Shown here: positions 28,885 through 39,594 of the stretch, in pieces | How positions within the stretch are numbered: the stretch's first letter is position 1 | Layout: the number at the start of each line of letters is the position of its first letter | Origin: an uncultured Candidatus Saccharibacteria bacterium | Lineage (GTDB): Bacteria; Patescibacteriota; Minisyncoccia; Phycocordibacterales; PALSA-1337 | Length of the DNA: 64,000 nt | Reading direction: 5' to 3' | Assembly: GCA_964596595.1 (NCBI GenBank) | Contig: CAZQUI010000003.1 | Coordinates: 979-64,978, forward strand | The notes under the pieces: model-generated | What the model was told of the DNA's origin: nothing | Databases searched by the model: none | Seen by the model: only the letters and a program-made list of their open reading frames with translations | Translations under genes and position numbers: made by a program

Positions 28885-30939
28885 TTACTTTTTAGCCTTA
28901 TTTTTTTTATCATTCTTATTAATTCCCATTTTTTCTTGTAAGACAAATAGCTCATCTCGAATTAGGGCTGCAGTTTCAAAATCTAAATTCTTAACAGCTT
29001 CAGACATAGCCTCTTCTTTTTGTTTTAATAACTTTTCCGGATCTGTGCGAGCCATTTCTTCATCAATTTTAACTAATTCATTTACAGCTTTATCATGATC
29101 ACTTTTTAGATGATCAGTAATATCATGTATAACTTTTTTAATTGTTGCCGGAGTAATATTGTGTTTAATATTATAAGCAATTTGCATACTACGACGACGA
29201 TCAGTTTCTCTAATAGCCCTATCAATAGAACCGGTTATATTATCAGCATAAAGTATAACTCTACCAGCTGCATTACGTGCCGCGCGACCGATAGTTTGGA
29301 TAAGAGCTGTTTCAGAACGAAGAAAACCTTCTTTATCGGCATCTAAAATACCGATCAAAGAAACTTCTGGAAGATCCAAACCTTCACGGAGCAAGTTAAC
29401 TCCAACCAAGCAATCATAAACACCTTTACGAAAATCAGTCAGAATAGAAATTCTCTCCATGATTTTTATATCTGAATGTAAATAAGCCGATTTCATACCC
29501 TTTTCTTTTAGAAATTCAGTCAAATCTTCAGCCATCTTTTTTGTGAGAGTAGTAGCCAAAACACGATCACCTTTTTTTATGGTTTCAACTGCTTCATCAA
29601 TAAAATCAAATATTTGACCTTTATATTTACCTTTTTCAACAACAGGTTTTATATCTACAATTGGATCAATTAGTCCTGTGGGTCTGATAACTTGTTCAAC
29701 TGTTTGTTTACTAGTCTCTCGTTCATAGTTACCTGGTGTAGCTGAGGTATATATCATTGGTCCAATACGTTCCAGAAATTCATTAAATTTTAGTGGTCGA
29801 TTATCTTTTGCTGAAGGTAATCTAAAACCATGTTCCACCAAAGTATCTTTTCTCGAAGCGTCACCAGCATACATCCCATTAAGTTGTGGAATTGTCACAT
29901 GAGATTCATCAACAATTGTCAAAAAATCTGCCTTACCGTCGGGTGTATGTGGAAAATAAGCCAAAAGCGAATCGGGCGGATCACCAGGCATTTTTCCCGA
30001 AAAATGACGCGAGTAATTTTCAATACCATTGGTATAACCAATTTCTCTAATCATAGATAAATCATATTTAACCCTGCGCTTTAAACGTTCCGCCTCCAGT
30101 ATTTTACCGGCTTTCTCTAATTCTTTTAATCTTTCGGTTAATTCAGCTTGAATAGTTTTTACAGCCCGTTCACTTTGTTCGTCAGAACTAATAAAATGTT
30201 TGGCAGGAAAAATAAATATTGTCTCATGACTTCCTCGTACTCCGCGAGTAACGGGATCAAGCTCGGTAATATTTCCAATACCGCTGCCTTCATATTCGAT
30301 ACGATATATCGTTTTTTCATTCACCGGCATGAGCTCGAGCATATTTCCCAGTGCACGAAATTGACCAGGATTTATATCTGCGGTGGTTCTCTCGAAGTGA
30401 ATATCGATTAACTTACGAATAAGCTCAGCTCGAGAAAGTTCCATTTTTACCGATAATTTCAAATTAACTTTTTCATATTCTTCAGGACTACCTAAACCGT
30501 ATATACACGATACAGAAGCAACAATAATCACGTCTTTTCTAGTAAGCAAGGCCTGAGTAGAAGCGTGACGCAACCGTTCGATCTCTTCATTGATCATAGC
30601 TTCTTTTTCTATGTACGTATCTGAAGAAGGAATGTACGCTTCTGGCTGATAATAATCATAATAAGAAACAAAATAGTGCACGGCATTTTCAGGGAAAAAT
30701 TCACGATATTCTTGAGCCAGTTGAGCAGCAAGGGTTTTATTGTGGGCAATAACCAGCGTTGGTTTTCCATACTGAGCAATGACATTGGCCATAGTAAAAG
30801 TTTTACCCGATCCAGTAACACCCAGCAAAGTTTGTCTATCTAGTTTTTTTTCTAGACCCTTAACCAAAGCTTCAATAGCCTTAGGTTGATCGCCAGCAGG
30901 CTTCAGAGTCGTGGCTATTTTAAAAAATAACTTGGCCAT
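28885..30939 (-). CDS. uvrB: Excinuclease ABC subunit B
   Basis: GDQPKAI, GVTGSGKTFT, YYDYYQPEAY, DESH, QTIGRAARN. Confidence 0.98.
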   Translation of the reverse strand: MAKLFFKIATTLKPAGDQPKAIEALVKGLEKKLDRQTLLGVTGSGKTFTMANVIAQYGKPTLVIAHNKTLAAQLAQEYREFFPENAVHYFVSYYDYYQPEAYIPSSDTYIEKEAMINEEIERLRHASTQALLTRKDVIIVASVSCIYGLGSPEEYEKVNLKLSVKMELSRAELIRKLIDIHFERTTADINPGQFRALGNMLELMPVNEKTIYRIEYEGSGIGNITELDPVTRGVRGSHETIFIFPAKHFISSDEQSERAVKTIQAELTERLKELEKAGKILEAERLKRRVKYDLSMIREIGYTNGIENYSRHFSGKMPGDPPDSLLAYFPHTPDGKADFLTIVDESHVTIPQLNGMYAGDASRKDTLVEHGFRLPSAKDNRPLKFNEFLERIGPMIYTSATPGNYERETSKQTVEQVIRPTGLIDPIVDIKPVVEKGKYKGQIFDFIDEAVETIKKGDRVLATTLTKKMAEDLTEFLKEKGMKSAYLHSDIKIMERISILTDFRKGVYDCLVGVNLLREGLDLPEVSLIGILDADKEGFLRSETALIQTIGRAARNAAGRVILYADNITGSIDRAIRETDRRRSMQIAYNIKHNITPATIKKVIHDITDHLKSDHDKAVNELVKIDEEMARTDPEKLLKQKEEAMSEAVKNLDFETAALIRDELFVLQEKMGINKNDKKNKAKK

Positions 30940-31001
30940 ATTATTAGGTTACCATGTGATATAAGATTGAGCGAGGACTTAATTAATTATTTTTATAATT
31001 A

Positions 31002-31022
31002 AAAAAACCGCCATAGGCGGGT
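31002..31022 (-). terminator. Intrinsic terminator
   Basis: Minus strand ccgcc-tat-ggcgg followed by T7. Confidence 0.65.
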
Positions 31023-31050
31023 GAAAAAACATCATCATCTGATCAAAAAT

Positions 31051-31218
31051 TTAATTTTCGTCATTTTCTCCAGAAATTTCTTCTGGAATAATGCGCGAGG
31101 TTAAATCTAATGGAGTGTATCGAGACAATTTGGGACTTTCTTTCGATCCGTATCCTTCATAATCCCCTCCATCTGGTTGAGGTTCTTCGAGCACGGTGCG
31201 AATATTTAAGGATGACAT
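31051..31218 (-). CDS. Small acidic hypothetical protein (55 aa)
   Basis: MSSLNIRTVLEEPQPDGGDYEGYGSKESPKLSRYTPLDLTSRIIPEEISGENDEN*; followed by terminator. Confidence 0.4.
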   Translation of the reverse strand: MSSLNIRTVLEEPQPDGGDYEGYGSKESPKLSRYTPLDLTSRIIPEEISGENDEN

Positions 31219-31293
31219 ACGTATTTCCTAGATGTATCCGTCAGTCCAGATAATAGTATATCAAAATCAAGAATAATGAGGAAAGCGAATAGT

Positions 31294-32325
31294 TCAGTTT
31301 TTTCGCATCATCACTTTACTCACGGCAGCGTGAATATGCTTTTCACCCATACCATAATGTTCAATAAGTTCATCGGGCTTGCCTGATTGCCCAAATTGAT
31401 CTTTTACCCCAATGAATTCTATGGGTACCGGAAAATGAGCCGCTAAACATTCAGCAACTGCTGAGCCCATACCTCCGGCTATTTGGTGTTCTTCGACAGT
31501 AACAATAGCTCGACTGGCGTGTGCAAGTGCCAATATCGCGTGTTCATCAAGGGGTTTTATAGTGGAAAGATTAATGACTGCAACTTTTTTTCCATGAGTA
31601 TCAAGTTCGTGAGCCACTCGTAAGGCTTTGTGTAGGAGTGCTCCGGTAGCAATAATTCCTACATCAAGGATAGAAATATTTGGATCTTTATTTACTTCAC
31701 TTTTATTCAACCGTGAATCAAAAACAATCTGTGCTTTCCCTATTTCAAAAGGCGTATCTTCAGTGGTCATGATAGGAGTCTTTTCTCGAGCTAAGCGAAT
31801 ATAGGTAGGATCAGTAATTTGAGCTGCAGCAAGAGTTGCTTTTCGAGCTTCAATAGAATCACATGGAGAAATCACCACCATTCTCGGTATAACCCGAGTA
31901 ATAGTAATGTCCTCTATAGCCTGATGAGTGCCACCATCTGGACCAACTGATATACCAGCATGTGAACCGGCAATTTTTACCGGTTGATTGTTATAACAAA
32001 TAGTGGTACGAATCTGTTCCCAATTACGTCCTGGACTAAACATGGCATATGAAGTCATAAATGGAATTTTACCCATTGCCGCCATACCAGAAGCTACCGC
32101 TGCCAAATTTTGTTCAGCCACGCCGATTTCGATAAATCTCTCAGGAAACTTTTCTTTAAACTTGAGCATTTGGGTAGACTCTGTAAGATCGGCACACAGT
32201 CCCACTACTCGCACGTCTGCTTCGGCTGCTTTGAGTAATCCTTCTCCAAAACCTTTACGAATAGGAATCTGTTCGACATCTGCATCGAACATTTTTTGAT
32301 TGAGTTTTAGGGATTGGTTAAGCAT
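31294..32325 (-). CDS. Transketolase, C-terminal subunit
   Basis: IGVAEQN, GPDGGTHQAIED, VEEHQIAGGMGSAVAE. Confidence 0.95.
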   Translation of the reverse strand: MLNQSLKLNQKMFDADVEQIPIRKGFGEGLLKAAEADVRVVGLCADLTESTQMLKFKEKFPERFIEIGVAEQNLAAVASGMAAMGKIPFMTSYAMFSPGRNWEQIRTTICYNNQPVKIAGSHAGISVGPDGGTHQAIEDITITRVIPRMVVISPCDSIEARKATLAAAQITDPTYIRLAREKTPIMTTEDTPFEIGKAQIVFDSRLNKSEVNKDPNISILDVGIIATGALLHKALRVAHELDTHGKKVAVINLSTIKPLDEHAILALAHASRAIVTVEEHQIAGGMGSAVAECLAAHFPVPIEFIGVKDQFGQSGKPDELIEHYGMGEKHIHAAVSKVMMRKN

Positions 32326-32333
32326 TATATTTT

Positions 32334-32594
32334 CTATTTTATATACAAAGCAGCAAAGACTGAAGTTAAAACAAAAACTAATAAAATCCATCCCTCCACC
32401 TGACGAATAGCCAAATCTCTTTTTGTTTGTCTAAAATTATAACTAGCTTTTTTATTAAAAATAAGAGTTATTCCCAAAGTTAAACAAATAAGTAAAAAGA
32501 TAGCGGTACACCAGAATGTATTGGGCTGATTAATATACAAATATCCCGCTCCGATAATAAAGGCAAATTTTAAAATTATTTCAAAGTGTCGCAT
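32334..32594 (-). CDS. Hypothetical membrane protein
   Basis: 86-aa ORF with three hydrophobic segments between the transketolase halves. Confidence 0.65.
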   Translation of the reverse strand: MRHFEIILKFAFIIGAGYLYINQPNTFWCTAIFLLICLTLGITLIFNKKASYNFRQTKRDLAIRQVEGWILLVFVLTSVFAALYIK

Positions 32595-32604
32595 ATTTTT
32601 TAAA

Positions 32605-33486
32605 TTAATTACTATGTCCCGCCTCCACCTTTCCGCCCATTGTCCTTATATTCTTTAACGCATTTCTAGCGGTCTCTATTTCTTGCGGCGTTGTAGGTGG
32701 TTTACCGTGCCATTCATATTGTCGTTCAAATTCTGGAATACCTTTTGATGGAATAGTATTTGCAATAATAACTGTTGGTCTATCAAAAACAGCATGCGCC
32801 TCGCCAACTGCTCGGTCAATATCTCGAAAATTATGACCATCGATCTCTACTACATGCCAGTTCCAACTACGCCATTTATCTGCCAAAGGATTAAGCGGCA
32901 TAATATCTTCGGTAAAACCATCAATTTGGATATTATTACGATCAATTATGGCTGTAACGTTTTGTAATTTTTCTTTACCGGCAAGCATTGCTGCTTCCCA
33001 ATTGTTACCCGCATTAAGTTCCCCATCACCCATAAGACAGTAAAATTGTTTACCCGACATACGACCACTATCGATACGATCGGCCAATGCCATGCCGACT
33101 GTTTGTGACAATCCTGAACCCAAAGGTCCAGAAGAAGTTTCGAGTGAGGACAAAAAATCACGATGTGGGTGACCCTGAAGAATAGAACCGAATTTTCTTA
33201 ACGTTTGTAATTTTTCTAAAGGAAAATAGCCAGCATGAGCCATAGTGGCATACAATACGGGACAAATATGACCATTGGAAAGTATCAGGCGATCACGATA
33301 TTCCCAAGCAGGATTTTTTGGATCATGCTTAAGAGCATGAAAATACAAATAGGTAAAAATATCAGCCATATCCAATGGACCAGCTGTATGACCGCTCTTT
33401 GCTTCAATCAAAGATTCAATAATAGATTTACGGATTTCAAGAGCTTTATTTTCTAGGAAAGCAACTTTTTCATCAGTGAGAGACAT
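32605..33486 (-). CDS. Transketolase, N-terminal subunit
   Basis: SGHTAG, DRLILSNGH, LQGHP, MGDGEL TPP motif. Confidence 0.95.
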   Translation of the reverse strand: MSLTDEKVAFLENKALEIRKSIIESLIEAKSGHTAGPLDMADIFTYLYFHALKHDPKNPAWEYRDRLILSNGHICPVLYATMAHAGYFPLEKLQTLRKFGSILQGHPHRDFLSSLETSSGPLGSGLSQTVGMALADRIDSGRMSGKQFYCLMGDGELNAGNNWEAAMLAGKEKLQNVTAIIDRNNIQIDGFTEDIMPLNPLADKWRSWNWHVVEIDGHNFRDIDRAVGEAHAVFDRPTVIIANTIPSKGIPEFERQYEWHGKPPTTPQEIETARNALKNIRTMGGKVEAGHSN

Positions 33487-33525
33487 TACTCAAATTATAC
33501 CATAACAAAAAAATACAAACTTCAA

Positions 33526-34212
33526 CTAAGAATTTAACTTCTTAAATTTTTGCAAAGCCTCGATCGGATTATCACTACCAAATATAGTTGAACCTACCAC
33601 CAAGCGATCTACACCAGCTTCAATAAGTAAAGGGGCTGTTTCTAGAGAAACTCCACCGTCTACTGAGATAGAAAGGTCGGGATACTTTGACTTCACTTCC
33701 CTGACTCGCTCTATAACTTTTTCATTAAAATGTTGACCCTGAAAACCAATATGATCTATTCCCATAAGTTGAACGCACTGGATTTTATCTTGATATGATT
33801 CAATCAAATCCAAAGAAGTTTCCATGGCTAAGGCCAAACCAATTTCTACTCTTCCATTTAAACTAGAGATTGCACCAGCCACATCGCCCCTAGCTTCAGC
33901 GTGAATAATAATTCTCTGAGCCCCCGCTATCACCCAATCTTCGATAACTTTTTCAGGATGATTGACCATGAGATCGATCTCAAAATTTGTTTTTTCCCAA
34001 CCCGGTAAGCCAATTTCTTCACGAAGAATTTTTTCAAATGAATCATCTTGTTTTTTATAAGGCCAAGTAGCATTTTGAACAAACTGACCATCACAAATAT
34101 CTATCTGCACATTTTTGGTCAGACCTTGGACAAGACCCATTTTTTCTTCAACTTCAGCAAAATCTTTTGGTAATATTGCGGGTATAATTTCTATTTTCAT
34201 ATTTTTACTCAA
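33526..34212 (-). CDS. rpe: Ribulose-phosphate 3-epimerase
   Basis: IIPAIL, QIDICDGQFV, GFQGQHF, SVDGGV. Confidence 0.9.
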   Translation of the reverse strand: MSKNMKIEIIPAILPKDFAEVEEKMGLVQGLTKNVQIDICDGQFVQNATWPYKKQDDSFEKILREEIGLPGWEKTNFEIDLMVNHPEKVIEDWVIAGAQRIIIHAEARGDVAGAISSLNGRVEIGLALAMETSLDLIESYQDKIQCVQLMGIDHIGFQGQHFNEKVIERVREVKSKYPDLSISVDGGVSLETAPLLIEAGVDRLVVGSTIFGSDNPIEALQKFKKLNS

Positions 34213-34663
34213 TACTATCTATCTGTTTATTTCTTCTTTCATGTCTTTCATCTCCACTAAAATTTGTACCCAGCCACATCTCGACTGCATTTTTTGCTTC
34301 TTCTTCACTGACAAAACGAGCACCGATAGATAAGACATTTGCATCATTATGTTCACGAGAAAGTTTTATAATATCCATATTTCCACCATACCAAACTGTA
34401 GCACGCACTCCGGGAAAACGATTGGCAACTATAGCTTCCCCTTGTCCTGATCCTCCAAAAATAACAGCTTTTGTCCCTCCCTCCATGTCTTGGGCAACTT
34501 TGAGAGCTGCGTCAGCCATATACGTTGGATAATCATCTCCTTCGGTCAGTTTGTGAGCACCAACATCGAGAATTTTGTGACCATTTTTTTCTAGAAATGA
34601 CTTTATATTTTCTTTGAGGTTAAAGCCTGCATGATCGGCAGCCAGAATGATTTTTTGCTTCAT
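34205..34663 (-). CDS. rpiB: Ribose-5-phosphate isomerase B
   Basis: AADHAGF, DDYP, GSGQGE, SREHNDANVL, ERHERR. Confidence 0.93.
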   Translation of the reverse strand: MKQKIILAADHAGFNLKENIKSFLEKNGHKILDVGAHKLTEGDDYPTYMADAALKVAQDMEGGTKAVIFGGSGQGEAIVANRFPGVRATVWYGGNMDIIKLSREHNDANVLSIGARFVSEEEAKNAVEMWLGTNFSGDERHERRNKQIDSIE

Positions 34664-34690
34664 AATGAAAGTCTATCACTTTTTGAATAT

Positions 34691-35020
34691 TTATGCAGTT
34701 TTGATACCAAGATGGTTGATAATCAAATGTAACATTGATTCTATTGTGCCCATCTTTGATTCAAGTTTATCAATTCGATCATTAATCTTAGCGAACTCAC
34801 TATATACATTATCAAACTTAGCATCTATTTCATAAAACTTTGTATATATTTCATCAAACTTAGCATCTATTTCATTAAACTTAGCATAAACTTTATCAAA
34901 CTGACTCAACATAATCTCTGTGAGATTCTCAAATTTCTGATCATTAGCAATAATGAAACGATTAAACTCATCGTAAGTTACGTATCTATGTTGTTTATTT
35001 TCTATAGTCATAATTGGCAT
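34691..35020 (-). CDS. Coiled-coil heptad-repeat protein
   Basis: KFNEIDA/KFDEIYT/KFYEIDA repeats. Confidence 0.75.
   Translation of the reverse strand: MPIMTIENKQHRYVTYDEFNRFIIANDQKFENLTEIMLSQFDKVYAKFNEIDAKFDEIYTKFYEIDAKFDNVYSEFAKINDRIDKLESKMGTIESMLHLIINHLGIKTA
34793..34897. repeat. Imperfect 21-bp tandem repeat (~5 copies) encoding heptads
   Basis: aaacttagcatctatttcat(a/t) and variants at 34814, 34835, 34856, 34877. Confidence 0.8.
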
Positions 35021-35331
35021 AAATTAATTATATTATTTATTAATCTAAATTGTTTTTCAGCCGGCAAGCATATAAAACATATTTGAAGAAATACAATATA
35101 TGATAATTATAGTATACATGCAAAAATAATCACAACTTCCACAGTTGAGTATTTTGTTTTGGAGTAATAAAAATTGTTTCTTATACCAACCAGCACTCAC
35201 ATTTTCTAAACTCTATAATTCAAGTGTAAAAGAGGTGGCGTGTTGGTGTTCTTATTTGGATATAAAAATACTGCTAAATCACAAGCCTATTACTGACGAA
35301 TAGTAAAGACATCTAACATATGAGATCTAAT

Positions 35332-35664
35332 CTATTGAGTAACAACTTTATCTTTATCCCTAATTTTCTCGTATAACCAACCCAAGATTGAACCGAGAAT
35401 GAAGTAAAAAATAATTTCTATAAAATAAATCAGAAATGGAATTTGTACTAAACCTTGAAGAAGTGGACTTACAGGCACCAAATAATTTAATGGGAATGAC
35501 ACTAACCAATTTAATAGACTGCTAATCAGATGAATTGAGGGTGGATATTGTATCTGATAAATAATAATCGTAGCGAAATCAAATATGCTCCCTAAAATAG
35601 CTACTGAAAGATATACAACCGCAAACTTCTTTCCCATTCTAGACAAATGTATTTTTTGATTCAT
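35332..35664 (-). CDS. Hypothetical membrane protein
   Basis: 110-aa hydrophobic ORF. Confidence 0.65.
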   Translation of the reverse strand: MNQKIHLSRMGKKFAVVYLSVAILGSIFDFATIIIYQIQYPPSIHLISSLLNWLVSFPLNYLVPVSPLLQGLVQIPFLIYFIEIIFYFILGSILGWLYEKIRDKDKVVTQ

Positions 35665-35677
35665 AAATTTAAACTAT

Positions 35678-36703
35678 TTAAACCAATCTCCCTACCTTAA
35701 TAACATGCCTCACGAGTGTATTCGTATACCCCATCTCATTGTCATACCATGACATAACCTTGACGAGATTACCATCTACCACACGTGTCATTTCTAGATC
35801 TGCAATAGAAGCATGAGGATTGCCAACAATGTCATGAGAAACTAATGGTTCTTCGGTAACAGTAAAAATACCCTTCCAACGAGGTTCATTGGCAGCTTTT
35901 TTGAGGATAGTATTTACTTCTTCTGCAGATGTATTTTTCTTAGAAAGAAATGTGACGTCGACGATAGAGCCGGTGACTACTGGTACACGAATAGATATAC
36001 CATCGAACTTACCAGCAAGCTGGGTAGCAACTTTTGTAACTGCAATAGCGGCACCAGTAGAAGAAGGAACTATGTTCATGGCAGCTGCACGACCTTCACG
36101 TAAATCTTTTTTGGAAGGACCATCGACGAGAGACTGCGAAGCCGTGTATCCATGAACGGTATTTAAAACAGCTTTTTCTATACCCAAAGCTTCATCTAAG
36201 ATAGCGATAAGTGGTGAACCAGCATTGGTTGTACAAGAGGCATTGGAACTGATCTGACTATTACCCAGCTTATCTTCATTCATACCCATAAGTACGGTGA
36301 CACCTTGTACCGTTGATGTTGGATCATCTTTGATAGGCGCAGAAACGACTACTCTTTTAGCACCCGCTACGATATGAGCTTGAGCTTTCTCACTTGAGGT
36401 GAATAAACCCGTAGATTCGACAACAACGTCAATGTCTAAATCCTTCCACGGGAGTTTGGTTGGATCTTTTTCACTAATAAACTTTATTTCATGACCATCA
36501 ACAACTAGAGAGCTGCCATTTACTGATATATCAAAAGAACTAACACCATAGGCTGTGTCGTATTTCAGAAGATAGGCGAAATTTTGGATATTTCCTAAAT
36601 CATTAACAGCTATTACTTCTACTTCTGGATTTTCTCGAGCCACTTTTACAAAAGCTCTACCGATGCGACCGAAACCATTTATTGCTACGCGGATTTTTTT
36701 CAT
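35678..36703 (-). CDS. gap: Type I glyceraldehyde-3-phosphate dehydrogenase
   Basis: INGFGRIGR, SNASCTTN, PSSTGAA, WYDNEMGY. Confidence 0.98.
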   Translation of the reverse strand: MKKIRVAINGFGRIGRAFVKVARENPEVEVIAVNDLGNIQNFAYLLKYDTAYGVSSFDISVNGSSLVVDGHEIKFISEKDPTKLPWKDLDIDVVVESTGLFTSSEKAQAHIVAGAKRVVVSAPIKDDPTSTVQGVTVLMGMNEDKLGNSQISSNASCTTNAGSPLIAILDEALGIEKAVLNTVHGYTASQSLVDGPSKKDLREGRAAAMNIVPSSTGAAIAVTKVATQLAGKFDGISIRVPVVTGSIVDVTFLSKKNTSAEEVNTILKKAANEPRWKGIFTVTEEPLVSHDIVGNPHASIADLEMTRVVDGNLVKVMSWYDNEMGYTNTLVRHVIKVGRLV

Positions 36704-36754
36704 ATTATTTTCTATCTATAAATATGTGAGATATTGTACCATGTTCAAGCCTTA

Positions 36755-36787
36755 AAAAAGAACAAGCCATAGACTTGTTCTTTTTTA
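36755..36787 (-). terminator. Hairpin terminator
   Basis: aaaaaagaacaag-ccataga-cttgttcttttt. Confidence 0.6.
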
Positions 36788-36792
36788 ATTAT

Positions 36793-37341
36793 TTATTTCT
36801 TTATTATCTTGAAAGTAAATTTGTAATCTTCTTTTTTAATCTGAACTATAGAAACAGTACCGGGTATAACTGATACTAGCTCAATATTATAAGAACCAAT
36901 AGTTACCGATTGACCAAGTGTAAAATTTTGTTCAACTGGAACATTAGAAGTGTTAATGTTCGTACGCAATCGAACTGTACCCGCCTGAATACAAACTACA
37001 TCACGGGGACAACGACTATCTTCTAAAACTTCAATTGGGGTAATAGAAACTGAACCAATCGTTACTGTTTTGTTGATACTGGTTTGAATTGTAGTTGTAG
37101 CCAAAACTGGATCACCTACTGGACAAGCAGCAAATTCACAATGAGGACCTTGGCGACCAACATAAGAACCATCCGGACACATTTTTGCATCCATAGTACA
37201 AGCAACAGGTTCATCAACTAAAGGTATATTTGGTGTCTCAGCTGTAGGTACACCTAGGATGTTTCTAATACTTCCAGTAAGTGTAACCGCAATAAACAAT
37301 AAAACTATTAATCCAACTAAAACAAATATGCGTGATTTCAT
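36793..37341 (-). CDS. Exported protein with Cys-rich CTMDAKMCPDGSYVGR motif
   Basis: Signal anchor; ACTMDAKMCPDGSYVGRQGPHCEFAACP; DSRCPRDVVCIQAG. Confidence 0.8.
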   Translation of the reverse strand: MKSRIFVLVGLIVLLFIAVTLTGSIRNILGVPTAETPNIPLVDEPVACTMDAKMCPDGSYVGRQGPHCEFAACPVGDPVLATTTIQTSINKTVTIGSVSITPIEVLEDSRCPRDVVCIQAGTVRLRTNINTSNVPVEQNFTLGQSVTIGSYNIELVSVIPGTVSIVQIKKEDYKFTFKIIKK

Positions 37342-37409
37342 GTAAGTATAATAAACAGTAATATACTACTTATATTACCTTGCACGAACTCTTGCGTCTA
37401 TGTTTTATT

Positions 37410-38687
37410 TTATTCCAAAAATGTAAGAGCTTTACCTTTCTTACTTCCACGACCAGTACGACCAATGCGATGTACATAGTCTTCATAGGTGGCTGGTAAT
37501 TCAAAGTTGATAACATGACTCACATCGGCAATATCAAGACCACGAGCAGCCACATCGGTAGCAACAAGAATTTGAACGTTACCTTCTTTGAACAGACGCA
37601 GTGCTTGCTGACGTTTTGAATGGTTTTTATTACCATGGATTGATTCAGCTTTGAAACCTTTTTCAAGTAAGGTTTTACTCAGTTTTTCAACCCCATGTTT
37701 CGTACGACCAAAGATCAAAACCCTACTAAAGTCTTTTTGATTCAAAAGGTCATGCAACACATCCATCTTACTTTTACCCGGTACCATTTTCACAACATCT
37801 TGTTCGACGTTTTTCGATGTTTCACTGGTTTTGACAGAAATGCGAATAGGATTTTTGAGGAACTCTCCGATCAGACGTTCAATGTCAGCCGAAAGAGTGG
37901 CAGAAAAGAAGAGCGTGTGACGATCGGTTGGCATGAGGGACATGATAAAGCGCATGTCATTAACAAAGCCCATATCAAGCATACGATCAGCTTCATCGAG
38001 AACAATTGATTTGAAATCAACTGGCTTCAAAATTTTTCGATCAATAAGATCTTTGAGACGACCAGGAGTACCAATTACGAAATTATTTTTATAGCGTAAA
38101 GTAGCAATCTGTCTGCCGATTGGCATACCTCCAACACAACACGCGGAAAAGATGCCCATGCCTTTAACAAAAGCTTTAAGTTCTTGATCAATTTGTATTG
38201 CCAATTCTCGCGTTGGTACAATGATCAAAACATTTTCTTTTGGATTAACTAAAACTTTTTGAATAAGAGGGATAAGAAAAGCTGCAGTTTTACCAGTGCC
38301 CGTATTAGCAATCCCAACCAAGTCTAATCCTTTAAGAATGTGAGGAATAGTTTTGTCTTGGATAGGGGTTGGATCTTTGTAACCTTTTGCTGTAATGGTA
38401 GCCTTGAGACGTGGATCAATCGCAAAGTCTGTAAAGGCATGTTCTGGTTTAAAAACAGGAGCTTCTTCAGTGATAGTGGTCACCTTATTAATGAAACGTG
38501 ACGGATCAATATATTGACCCATACTGCCATTGCGACGACCACGATTACCGAATCGAGATTTATTTCTGTAACCAAAACCACCTCTTCCTGAAGAGATGTG
38601 GGAAGGACGAGGATGTTTGCCGAAACGAGATTTCCCGCCAAATGAACTGTGTGGTTTTGATGAACCACTTCTAAAATTATTATGCAT
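37410..38687 (-). CDS. DEAD-box RNA helicase
   Basis: PTPIQ, ANTGTGKT, PTRELA, DEADRML, SAT, HRIGRTGR. Confidence 0.96.
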   Translation of the reverse strand: MHNNFRSGSSKPHSSFGGKSRFGKHPRPSHISSGRGGFGYRNKSRFGNRGRRNGSMGQYIDPSRFINKVTTITEEAPVFKPEHAFTDFAIDPRLKATITAKGYKDPTPIQDKTIPHILKGLDLVGIANTGTGKTAAFLIPLIQKVLVNPKENVLIIVPTRELAIQIDQELKAFVKGMGIFSACCVGGMPIGRQIATLRYKNNFVIGTPGRLKDLIDRKILKPVDFKSIVLDEADRMLDMGFVNDMRFIMSLMPTDRHTLFFSATLSADIERLIGEFLKNPIRISVKTSETSKNVEQDVVKMVPGKSKMDVLHDLLNQKDFSRVLIFGRTKHGVEKLSKTLLEKGFKAESIHGNKNHSKRQQALRLFKEGNVQILVATDVAARGLDIADVSHVINFELPATYEDYVHRIGRTGRGSKKGKALTFLE

Positions 38688-38897
38688 AACTATCTAAAAA
38701 GAGAGAAAAACTCCCTAACCTTCTGCCTTTAAAATAATAGAGAATGGCAGTAGTCTCGTGAGTTTTTAGATACAAACTAGAAAACCAAGAGATATGAGGT
38801 TATACATATAATAATTCATTATAAAGAAAATGTCAAATGTGTGTACAGCCTCTCATTTCACAATGCTATAATTAGCACGAATCACAGTTCCTTACAT

Positions 38898-39473
38898 ATG
38901 AATACACTAACCATAATCGGCTTCACGTTGGTGAGTCTATTCTACATTTCAACCGTAGAATGGAGCCTGCATCGGTTTGTCATGCATAAACCATTAGGTA
39001 ACTTCACCTATGCGTTTAAGGCGCATGCGCTGGTGCACCACAGTATTTTCAAAGCAGATCACAGCTATCATCTGCAAAACGACGGAGACAAGAAAAAGAT
39101 TCCGATGGCCTGGTGGAATGGACCATTACTCATTTTACTCGGTTCCATACCTCCGACTATTATTTTGGCACTCACTTCTCTTTCGTGGTATTTCCTCATT
39201 GAGTTTGTTGTACTCTGTACCTTGTACTATGGAGCTTATGAAAGACTTCACTGGTGCATGCATTTGCCTAAAAAACGGCGCTTGGAGATGTCTTCACTCT
39301 TTCGGAAATTGAATGGACACCACCTATTGCACCATCGTTACATGCACAAAAACTTCAATGTTGTTTTGCCGCTTGCAGACCTTATTTTGGGAACCTTACT
39401 CTTGCGATCAAAAGTTCCCTTTCTTCAGGCGCAAGGACCGGCAGTACCAAACGTTCAACCTCGTGCTGCTTAA
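38898..39473 (+). CDS. Fatty acid hydroxylase / sterol desaturase family protein
   Basis: His boxes EWSLHRFVMH, HALVHH, YERLHWCMH, HHLLHH; NFNVV. Confidence 0.88.
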   Translation: MNTLTIIGFTLVSLFYISTVEWSLHRFVMHKPLGNFTYAFKAHALVHHSIFKADHSYHLQNDGDKKKIPMAWWNGPLLILLGSIPPTIILALTSLSWYFLIEFVVLCTLYYGAYERLHWCMHLPKKRRLEMSSLFRKLNGHHLLHHRYMHKNFNVVLPLADLILGTLLLRSKVPFLQAQGPAVPNVQPRAA

Positions 39474-39487
39474 GTGGTTGGGGAAAC

Positions 39488-39520
39488 AAACCGCGGACGA
39501 TCGTTTTGTCCGCGGTTTTT
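39488..39520 (+). terminator. Intrinsic terminator
   Basis: aaaccgcggac...gtccgcggttttt. Confidence 0.8.
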
Positions 39521-39594
39521 AATTGTAGACAAAGCATCTTGACTAATAACGACAGTGTAATAAGCTGGCGGTAGAAGCTAACCAAAGGAATCAT

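Noticed and set aside
35021-35331. Possible gene or ncRNA in AT-rich gap
   Set aside because: No convincing ORF with a proper start and no convincing structure; at most a decayed fragment.
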